From: Takakia lepidozioides
Taxonomy: Eukaryota; Plantae; Bryophyta
Assembly: GCA_030704615.1 (NCBI GenBank)
Contig: CM060733.1
Span: 73,780,001-73,844,000 of the forward strand
Direction: 5' to 3'
DNA length: 64,000 nt
Positions within the stretch are counted from its first letter, which is position 1. Each line of letters begins with the position of its first letter. Below are positions 1 to 10,384 of the stretch, piece by piece. The notes beneath the pieces were generated by a model, which saw only the letters and a program-made list of their open reading frames with translations, had not been told where the DNA came from and searched no databases. Made by a program: the position numbers and the translations under genes.

Positions 1-3000
1 AGTGTGCCCCAACACACACTGTTTGAGCTGCCACTGAATGGTTATTTCATCATCATAAACCTGCCCTGGAAGTCCGAATTTAACACTAAAAAAACAGTGA
101 CATGTACAGCTCAAACAGTGTGCGTTGGCGCACAATGTTTGAGCTGCCACTGAATGGTTATTTCATCCTCAGAACCGTGCCCTAAATGCCAAATTTAAAC
201 CTGAAAAAACACTTAAATGTATAGCTCAGACAGTGACATGTTCAGCTGAAACAGTGTGCGCCAATGCACACTGTTTGAGCTACCACTGAATGGTTATTTC
301 ATCATCAGACCCGTGCCTAAATGCCGAATTTAAACCGGAAAAACACTTAAATGTAGAGCTCAAACAGTGTGCGCCAACGCACACTGTTTGAGCTGCCACT
401 GAATGGTTATTTCATCCTCAGAAACGTGCCCTAAATGCAAAATTTTAACACCAAATAAACACTTACATGTTCAGCTCAAATAGTGTAAGCCAACGCACAC
501 TACTTGACCTGCCACTGAATGGTTATTTCATCATCATAAAACTGCCCTGGAAGTCCGAATTTAACACCAAAAAAACAGTGACATGTACAGCTCAAACAGT
601 GTGCGCCAATGCACACTGTTTGAACTGCCACTGAATGGTTATTTCATACTCAGAAACGTGCCCTAAATGCCGAATTTCAATCGAAAAAAACACTTACATG
701 TTCAACTCAAACAGTGTGCGCCAACGCACACTGTTTCAGCTGCCACTGAATGGTTATTTCATCATCATAAACCTGCCCTGGAAGTCCGAATTTAACACTA
801 AGAAACAGTGACATGTACAGCTCAAACAGTGTGCGCCAACGCAGACTGTTTGAGCTGCCACTGAATGGTTATTTCATCATCAGAAACGTGCCCTAAATGC
901 CGAATTTTAACACCAAGAAAACAGTGACATGTTCAGCTGAAATAGTGTGCGCCAAGGCACACTGTTTGAGCTGCCACTGAATGGTTATTTCATCCTCAGA
1001 ACCGTGCCCTAAATGCCGAATTTAAACCGGGAAAACACTTAAATGTAGAGCTCAAACAGTGTGCGCCAACGCACACTGTTTGAGCTGCCACTGAATGGTT
1101 ATTTCATCCTCAGAACCGTGCCCTCAATGCCGAATTTAAACTGGAAAAACACTTAAATGTAGAGATCAAACAGTGTGCGCCAACGCACACTGTTTGAGCT
1201 GCCACTGAATGGTTATTTCATCATCATAAACCTGCTCTAAATTCCAAATTTTAACACCAGAAAAACACTTACATGTTCAGCTCAAACAGTGTGCGCGAAT
1301 GCACACTGTTTGAGCTGCCACTGAATGGTTATTTCATCCTCAGAAACGTGCCCTAAATGACGAATTTTAACACCAAAAAAACACTTACATGTTCAGCACA
1401 AACAGTGTGCGCCAACGCACATTGTTTGAACTGCCACTGAATGGTTATTTCATCATCATAAACCTGCACTGGAAGTCCGAATTTAACACGAAAAAAACAG
1501 TGACATGTACAGCTCAAACAGTGTGCGCCAACGCACACTGTTTGAGCTGCCACTGAATGGTTATTTCATCCTCAGAACCGTGCCCTAAATGCCGAATTTA
1601 AACCGGAAAAACACTTAAATGTAGAGCTCAAACAATGTGCGCCAACGCACACTGTTTGAGCTGCCACTGAATGGTTATTTCATCATCATAAACGTGCCCT
1701 GGAAGTCCGAATTTAACACCAAAAAAACAGTGACATGTACAGCTCAAACAGTGTGCGCCAACGCACACTGTTTGAGCTGCCACTGAATGGTTATTTCATC
1801 CTCAGAACCGTGCCCTAAATGCCGAATTTAAACCTGAAAAACACTTAAATGTACAGCTCAGACAGTGTGCGCCAACGCACACTGTTTGAGCTGCCACTGA
1901 ATGGTTATTTCATCCTCAGAAACGTGCCCTAAATGCCGAATTCTAAAACCAAAAAAACACTTACATGTTCAGCTCAAACAGTGTGCGCCAACGCACACTA
2001 CTTGAGCTGCCACTGAATGGTTATTCCATCATCATAAAACTGCCCTGGAAGTCCGAATTTAACACCAAAAAAACAGTGACATGTACAGCTCAAACAGTGT
2101 GCGCAAATGCAAACTGTTTGAACTGCCATTGAATGGTTATTTCATACTCAGAAACGTGCCCTAAATGCCGAATTTCAATCGGAAAAAACACTTACGTGTT
2201 CAACTCAAACAGTGTGCGCCAACGCACACTGTTTCAGCTGCCACTGAATGGTTATTTCATCATCATAAACGTGCCCTGGAAGTCCGAATTTAACACCAAG
2301 AAACAGTGACATGTACAGCTCAAACATTGTGCGCCAACGCAGACTGTTTGAGTGCCACTGAATGGTTATTTCAATCTCATAAACCCGCCCGGAAGTCCGA
2401 ATTTAACACCAAAAAAGGAGTGACATGTACAGCTCCAACAGTGTGCGCCAATGCACACTGTTTGAGTTGCCACTGAATGGTTATTTCATCCTCAGAAACG
2501 TGCCTAAATGCCGAATTTAAACACCAAAAAAACAGTGACATGTTCAGCTGAAACAGTGTGCGCCAATGCACACTGTTTGAGCTGCCACTGAATGGTTATT
2601 TCATCCTCAGAACCGTGCCTAAATGCCGAATTTAAACCGGAAGAAAAACACTTAAATGTAGAGCTCAAACAGTGTGCGTTGGCGCACAGTTTGAGCTGCC
2701 ACTGAATGGTTATTTCATCCTCGAAACGTGCCCTAAATGCCGAATTTTACACCAAAAAACACTTACATGTTCAGCTCAAACAGTGTGCGCCAACGCACAC
2801 TACTTGAGCTGCCACTGAATGGTTATTTCATCATCATAAAACTACCCTGGAAGTCCGAATTTAACACCAAAAAACCAGTGACATGTACAGCTCAAACAGT
2901 GTGCGCCAACGCACACTGTTTGAACTGCCACTGAATGGTTATTTCATACTCAGAAACGTGCCCTAAATGCCGAATTTAAACCGGAAAAACACTTAAATGT

Positions 3001-3543
3001 AGAGCTCAAACAGTGTGCGCCAACGCACACTGAATGAGCTGCCACTGAATGGTTATTTCCTCATCATAAACTGCCCTAAATTCCGAATTTTAACACCAAA
3101 AAAAACACTTACATGTTCAGCTCAAACAGTGTGCGCGAACGCACACTGAATGAGCTGCCACTGAATGGTTATTTCATCCTCAGAAACGTGCCCTAAATGA
3201 CGAATTTAAACACCAAAAAAACACTTACATGTTCAGCACAAACAGTGTGCGCCAACGCACATTGTTTGAGCTGCCACTGAATGGTTATTTCATCATCATA
3301 AACCTGCACTGGAAGTCCAAATTTAACACGAAAAAAACAGTGACATGTACAGCTCAAACAGTGTGCGTTGGCGCACACTGTTTGAGCTGCCACTGAATGG
3401 TTATTTCATCATCATAAACGGCCCTGGAAGTCGAATTTAACACCAAAAAAACAGTGACATGTAAGCTCAAACAGTGTGCGCCAACGCACACTGTTTGAGC
3501 TGCCACTGAATGGTTATTTCATCCTAGAAACCGTGCCCTAAAT
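1..3543. repeat. Tandem satellite, ~115-bp monomer with an 18-bp-stem hairpin (CAGCTCAAACAGTGTGCG-CCAA-CGCACACTGTTTGAGCTG)
   Basis: GCCACTGAATGGTTATTTCATC recurs about every 115 bp (e.g. 394, 511, 627, 742, 857); monomer variants alternate; the array runs off the left edge. Confidence 0.97.
3536..3543 (+). repeat. Left 8-bp target-site duplication CCCTAAAT (partner at 18860-18867)
   Basis: Identical 8-mer abuts both termini; the ninth base differs (G vs C). Confidence 0.88.
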
Positions 3544-3662
3544 GGAGGTTTACTATTTCATGAGCAGAAACCATGAGCCATGAGCCATGAGCCATGAGCC
3601 ATGAGCCGCATGAGCCGCATGAGCGGTGAGCCGAAGTCTAAGATACGCGGATTTCATGAGCG
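3544..3662 (+). repeat. Left TIR plus subterminal (CATGAGC)n repeats
   Basis: ccatgagccatgagccatgagcc... tandem heptamers follow the terminus and are mirrored (gctcatg) at the right end. Confidence 0.9.
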
Positions 3663-4408
3663 GACTCCTCCAAATTTGGAAATGCGGCAGATTAAACAAG
3701 TATTAAAATAATAGTTTTTTATTTGACCTTGCCGTTTTTGGACGTTCCAGATCATGTAATGCGGCGAAGATATGTCGTCAGTAACAAGTCCGCTCATGGT
3801 TTTTAGATCCGCTCATGGAAATAAGTGACCGTGCAACGGGAAATCCAGTATACCACTGCAAAAGGACGTCGCATACTGGCCTGTATAGAGTATTCCGCGG
3901 TTTTACATGCCTTAACATTGGAATGAAGCTGACCCTTTTGCCGCGATTGAACCAATGGAGTCTGCACCAATACAGTCTGCAGTACTTCACAATTCTGTCT
4001 TCTTCGGGTATTCGGCGGGAAAGGTTTGCAACTGAACTGGGAAATAGGGTGCCGCATTAGGGTTCGCACGTGCGAAATTTCGGAGCGGTTTGGTGTTGGC
4101 GAAGGCCGCCTCTGGGGGTACCTACGACGATACTTGGAAATTCGGCGCCGCATTTCCTTGTCGGAGGTCGAATGAGGAAAGCAAGTTTTCGGAAAGCAGA
4201 AAAACATGAACCCTCCAACATACAAAAATACATGCACGTGGAAACAAGTGAACGATATAGTAATATCTTAGTTCGAGCAAAACAGGTTACTGGTAGGCAA
4301 GACATATGTCGGACCTTTCTGTGGCCAGAGTCTGAGGTACTGGCAGCAGTACAGTTCTACTATCCGAAAAGGATGGGCGTACCATTGTATGTGGACCGCA
4401 AGCCAAGC

Positions 4409-7400
4409 TCACTGGTCCCCTGGATCCATATTCAGAAGAGTGTGAACCTCCTGGGGGCTCAACCCTGGTGCATGTATGAAGTGATGAGTTGTGGAATTAC
4501 AACGGAGTCTCTTTAGGTACACGTAGTACAAATGCTTGCAAGGGCAGTATGATGCCCCTTGTTCGCCATGATCTGGAAGTCGGTGCAATTGCAGGTGGGT
4601 AATTCTGAAATGGTGATGGTGTACACCTCATTGCGAACAGCTGAGCCCGCCGTGGCCATTGATACACACGCCCGAATCCTGGTGGGGGCACTTCTGTCGA
4701 GCTCTGGATTGTACAGTTCATCCGAAGTGCATTCCCCATCCTTGTCTCGTTCACTTTTGAGGGAGGTCGCCGTCTCTTCGGTTTCCCCCAACGGTGTGTA
4801 GGATGCTTAGAGCTGTCGTGTCCCATTGTTCTTGCTCTCACAGGGGTCGGTGGTGGAGGCTGTGGAAGCGGAAATGGTTGTCTGGGGACGTCAGTGCGCT
4901 GCACCATCCGAAATCCTGCGGCGGTAAGGGCGTCGGCCTCAACCTGACTCAGATCGCAGCCTGGTTCCACCGGCCACACCGGGGAGCCTCTGGCATTGTT
5001 TGTATGCCGTACTTGGGCTTTCCATACACGCAAGTCATAATGTCGTGCCTGCAGAACCAGAACTGGGTGGTTGTCGCCTCCGCAAACTTTGCATGGACAA
5101 ATCTTCCTGTAAAAGTAGGAGCAGGGACAGCCCCATCTGGATTCCTCCTTATCATCTCTAAACAACGTTGCCGTGTATCCACACCAATTGCGGAACACCT
5201 TCCTCGAAACGACGGCTTTGTGCGAGCAATTCTCCACTGTGAGGCAGACACAGTCGTCTCCACAATGGCTTGGCCATACTGCATAACAGCGGGCGGAATG
5301 TGGGGCAAGGGAGCGGTGGGAATTTGTTGCACGAAATCCCCGGTTGAAGGCGACGGCGATCTGGAATTTCTTGGGCTTCCACTGCTGGAAGACACATTGT
5401 GCGGCAACATGACGGGACCTCGAGGTGCTGTCCGAATGTTCCTGTCGGATCTCCAGGAATCCTCTTCGCACCCGGGTTCCTCTTCAATCCTCCGCCTGAC
5501 AGGGCGAGTCCGGACGTCCCCCTCTAGGTGTTCACCTCTGCGGTGCAGAGGCGTCCCTTTGATCTTCTCTCGCAATGCTGTCGCCCATTTCACTGGATTC
5601 TTGGACCTCGAAGCTGTTCGTACCAACAATTCCTCCCTGTCCGGCCCAAAGCCCCATTGTTTGCCGCTCAGGAACTTGTAGTACGTGGCTTGCTGCATGA
5701 TTGCTCTGTCGATGTCCTCCATTGTGGCCGTCACTACGTCCACCAGATGTGCGGCAGAAGACGCTCGCCAGGAGGAGTGGACCGATTCTGCCATATTCGT
5801 GTTCGGCATGTCCGTGTCGGAATCCAAGCACCGCTCCTAGAAGGACACAAACAATGGTGAGGGACCAATCGAAATGTCCGTAACAGAAAGACAAATGAAC
5901 GAAATTGACAGCAGCCTACCTCCCGCATGTACTGTCCGAACTGTCGATACCGAAAATGCCACCACCCCAACCAGCTGTGCAATGCTCCCAGATTGGTTGT
6001 CTCCACTGCACCTGACGTGTTCCACCAAGCCTCGATGATAGCAAACTTTACCTCCGCGTCATCAAATGTGGGTGCATCCTTCCACGCCGTACAAAGGACA
6101 CGGTGTTCAACCTGGAATGAGCTAGCAAAAATTTGGTAGTGTAGTGGGATAGACTCTGCATCCAATGGAATCCACAGGATCTCTCTTTCCCCTCCATTGG
6201 AACATTGGGTCCTCACCGTACACACGCCGCACCGCTGCCCAGTTGGCCTGAGCGTTGTCTGCCATGAATCCCCTGAAATTGGGCTCTGGCAATCCCGCCC
6301 TTGCCATCTGCTCGTTTATGCCCTCCCACAGATGCATCTCGGACTGTGTGTCCTCCCCTTTCATCTCGCAGATTGCAATCGTCATGAGCCTCTTGGAGTG
6401 ATAGTCATAAACATGCGCACCCATAGTCACCCACTGATGGTTTGTAATTCGCTTGATGTGATCAAACATCACCCAAGCATTCGACAAGTTTCCAGTTGTC
6501 ATACGAGTGACCAAGTCGACTCCACTCCCAGGCCTACACGTCGACATTTTGAAAATGTAACAACGATCGGATTGCTGCCTTGCCCTGGAAACCTGCTACC
6601 TTGGATGTAGTCATATCCAGTCATTCGTTTCACCTCCAGGATTGAGTACATGTCCGACCCCCTGCCGAACTCCTGCTTGCAAGATACGATGTGATTCCGC
6701 ACATTCGGACTACAAACGTGCGAGACGGACTCCAAGAGGTCACGCATCTCGTCTTCGGTCAAGGGCTCTCGGTCGGAACCATCTTCAGACATGATTTTGC
6801 CAAGAGCAATCTTGTGGGCTGCCTTCAGCTGAATCTGCTTTGGTCTGGCTCCGGGGCTCAATTTCACCTCCTCTTTTATGATGTCGTGTGCTTCCTGCAC
6901 AGCCTCACGCATGTTGCCTCTCGCCAAGGGGTGGCAGTGGACCCCAACGTGTATGCAAGCTCTAGTCAAGTCCGGGAGCAAATGGATTACGTAATATTGC
7001 TTGGCTCTGCACATGGACATGCACGTCGGTGGTTCTTTGCAATGTGCACACTTGAAAGAACCCGCAGGAGCTTGGCTGGAGACAATGAATGGATGATGCG
7101 TTGTGCCAGTCCAATCCGTCTCGTTTCTCCGCCCTCCTTTGGAGAGAAAGTGGAAGCAGGTGGGATTGAGGCACCTCAGCTTCCCCGCACAGAGGACATA
7201 TCGTACACGAACACCATCAGCAATTTTCGTGCTACTGGTCTTCGTCACACACCAGGGGTGTCCGTCATGCTTTCGATCCATGTCTGTTAACATCCCGGAG
7301 GCTTTCTTTGACGAAGAAACAGGTGGAAACTCGAAGATGACATTGCCATCGACTTCGGGAGGCAGAAAAGTTACCTTTCTGACTGGGAATTTGGCATAGT

Positions 7401-8225
7401 CGAGAGCAGCCAGCTCGGAGCGAGAACCATCGAGGTGATGTTGTCGTAGGAGCTGCACAATGGACCGGGTTGGAGTTATGCTGAGGGCACATGCGTAGCA
7501 CCTACAGAGACGTCCATGCCGGATTTGAACGACCGTGTGGAGGACATGGGTACCTCAATGCAATCATCTTCCTCGTCGGAAATGTCGAATACGTCCACAC
7601 GAGAAGCTATGGAGGGTCTTGACGGTCCAGGTCGGGAATGATTATCGTTGCATACCTCTCTGTTGGCAGTGGCCGCCTCTCGGTTTCCGGACTCCTTTGT
7701 GGATGGTGTGGGCAGCGACTGATTCGGAAAGGGAATGGGCATTCCCACAGCTCGGTACAGGATGGTGTCTGACGGGGGAACGTGCCATTCGATTCCGCAA
7801 CCTCCGTCGTTACCTAGCACGACAATGGTCTCGTCAACCTGTCCAGGAACATCCTTCCTTTCTTCTTCCAAATAAACTGTGCCCGGTTTGAGCTTGAATT
7901 TGGAACAAAGGTAAGTTTCAGTCACTCTGCAAAGTCCTCCCTCGTTTGGGATCCAGGCTCTCCCAAGTTGCGGAGGACAGCAAACTATAGCGTAGGAATT
8001 CGGAGCCATCGAACACCGCACGGAGTTGGCAAGTGCGAGGTTCAGTATAGCGACAGACCAAGGCTCACAGGCACCATCTAAGTGGATCTGCGGAGTCCAT
8101 CGACGATTGGAAGTCGCACATTGAAGTGGAAAGTATTGTTTCAAGCTACATGCATGAAGGTGGGAGGTTTGATTCCATAGCCAGTGAGTAGGACAATGAT
8201 GGCCGATTCGGCGACGAAATAACAT
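4409..8225 (-). CDS. Mutator-like (MULE) DDE transposase with GCM-like Zn domain and SWIM finger; intron 5837-5919; several 1-bp frameshifts in this assembly
   Basis: ORF pieces 7476-8225, 6499-7458, 6122-6547, 5734-6225, 4949-5827 and 4513-4791 join to the protein that is contiguous in copy D. Motifs: DGHPWC..CAGKLRCLNPTC..CAHC..HVGVHCH, MFDH, GFMADNAQANWAAV, C-x-FHW, TNMAESVH and YTITISELPTCNCTDF..CKH. Alternative ATG at 8009. Confidence 0.85.
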
Positions 8226-8437
8226 CTCCTGACAGTTTCTCCTGAGGGTGGATCCAGCAGTATTCTCGGTGCAGACAGGAACGTTCGCACTGACAAGTGC
8301 CAGGACTCTGGTTAAAACGGTCAGACAACCAAGTTGTGCTCATCAAGACTGGCCGCAATTGTGTTGTTTCGGAACAATGCAACCCATTGAGGTTCCAGAT
8401 TTCCCGTCCCGAGTGATTCTTTCGATTGCTGGTGGAC

Positions 8438-10070
8438 GGAAATACGGCGCCGCATTTCCGTATTGCATCTTGTCATGCACCAGAGCGACGGAAATGCGGC
8501 ACCGAGTTTCCGTCCGGGGGAAACCTTTATACTCTCCAGAACGGAAATGCGGTAACGCATTTCCATCCAGCAAGCACGGTATGTGAAGGTCGAACGGAAA
8601 TGCGGTACCGCATTTCCGTTCTGATTGAGATTTATGAACAACGGGAACAGAAATGCGGCACCGCATTTCCGTCCGAGTCGCACTTTTCCGACATTTCAGA
8701 ACGGAAATGCGGCGCCGCATTTCCATTTGTATCTGATGCATGGAGCTGAGGGATAGAAATGCTGCAGCACATTTCCGTCCTTAAAAGACATTCATACTCT
8801 CGAGAACGGAAATGCGGTACCGCATTTTCATTCAACAAGCACGGTATGTGAAGGTGGAACGGAAATGCGGTACCGCATTTCCGTTCTGATTGAGAATTAT
8901 GAACAACGGGAACAGAAATGCGGCACCGCATTTCCGTCCGAGTCGCACTTTTCGACATTCCAGAACGGAAATGCGGCGCCGCATTTCCATTTTGTATCTG
9001 ATGCATGGAGCCGAGTAAGATTCCGACAGCTTCATACAGCGCAATTCCGACCGGTTGAGACATTCACACTATCCAGAACGGAAATGCGGCACCGCATTTC
9101 CGTTCTGACTGAAAATCGTGAACCATCTGAACTGAAATGCGGCACCGTATTTCCATCCGAGTCGCACCTACCATCATTCCAGAACGGAAATGCGGTACCG
9201 CATTTCCGTTCTGACTGAAAATCGTGAACCATCGGAACTGAAATGCGGCAGCGCATTTCCATCCGAGTCGCACCTCCCAACATTCCAGAACGGAATGTAT
9301 TAGATTTAAAAGGGAAATGCGGCACCGCATTTCCGTTCTGATGAAATATCCTGAAACATCGGAATTGAAATGCGGTACCGCATTTCCGTCGGAGTCCCAC
9401 CATCCGACATTCCAAAACGGAAATGCGGCACCGCATTTCCGTTTTGTATGTGAGGCATGGAGCTGTGGAACGAAAATGCGGGAAGGCATTTCCGCCAGCG
9501 TCAGACGTTAATACTCTACAGAACGGAAATGCGGTACCGCATTTCCATTCTGACTGAAAATCGTGCGCAACGGGTACAGAAATGCGGCACCGCATTTCCG
9601 TTCGAGTCGCACCTTCCGACATTCTCGAACGGAAATGCGGCGCCGCATTTCCGTTTTGTATATTGGGCCTGGAGCTGTGCTACGGAAATGTGTTGCCGCA
9701 TTTCCATCCATGTGAGACCTTCAAACTTTCCAGACCGGAAATGCGACACCGCATTTCTGTCGAGGTGAGACCTCTATACTTTCCCGAACGGAAATGTGGC
9801 ACGGCATTTCCGTTCATCAACTAACGTATGTGAAGTGGGAACGGAAATGCGGCGCCGCATTTCCCTTCTGAATCTCATACATGGAGCTGTGGGACGGAAA
9901 TGCGGCACCGTATTTCCGTTCAACAACTAAGGTATGTGAAGGTGGAACGGAAATGCGGTGCCGCATTTTCTTCCAACAAGTACGGATGTGTAGCTTGAGT
10001 GATGGTACTTAACGGAAATGCGGCGCCGCATTCGCATTTTCGCTCCAACTGATCAGACGCTGGGACGGAA
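8438..10070. repeat. Array of 22-30-bp palindromes GGAAATGCGG(CG/CA/TG/TA)CCGCATTTCC between the transposase and the cargo gene
   Basis: About 30 copies by eye, spaced roughly 40-70 bp apart by semi-repeated spacers (e.g. 8703, 8860, 8966, 9185). Confidence 0.95.
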
Positions 10071-10384
10071 ATACCTTGAAATGTGAACACGTGGAGCAAC
10101 GGAATTGCTGCACATGTCGGCACTCTATCTGACTGAAGGGGCATGAGGCGGCGCGGCCTGACCGTTGGATAATGATGTTTGTTTTTCGGACGGCAGGCGT
10201 ACCCTGAACGATTCGAATTTCGTAATGACGCAAACTCCACGAGGAGACACTTTCGTCCAACCCTTTCGAACCCAAGTGGTGCATCACCGCCGTTTCATCT
10301 ACTTTTGTCGTGTCTCCTCAGTCACCCCTCTCGCGCCCTTTCCATCTGCACTCTTTGCCCCTTTTCCCTCTCTCTGTTCTTCTT

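Noticed and set aside
1353-3393. Short ORFs in the satellite (also 19180-23706)
   Set aside because: Translations of the tandem repeat; no coding signal.
1-3543. 5S rDNA or tRNA array (monomer size ~115 bp)
   Set aside because: No recognisable 5S or tRNA sequence; monomers are contiguous with no gene/spacer organisation.
3535-3543. 9-bp TSD as in canonical MULEs
   Set aside because: The ninth base differs, and two other copies fix the terminus at five Cs, leaving 8 bp.
3778-4516. ORFs between the left TIR and the transposase 3' end (and 34850-35446)
   Set aside because: Frames and lengths are not conserved between copies A and A'; the similarity is explained by DNA homology alone.
8438-10070. 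CRISPR array interpretation of the palindrome-spacer arrays
   Set aside because: Spacers are themselves repeated and irregular in length, there are no cas-like genes, and the context is eukaryotic with introns.
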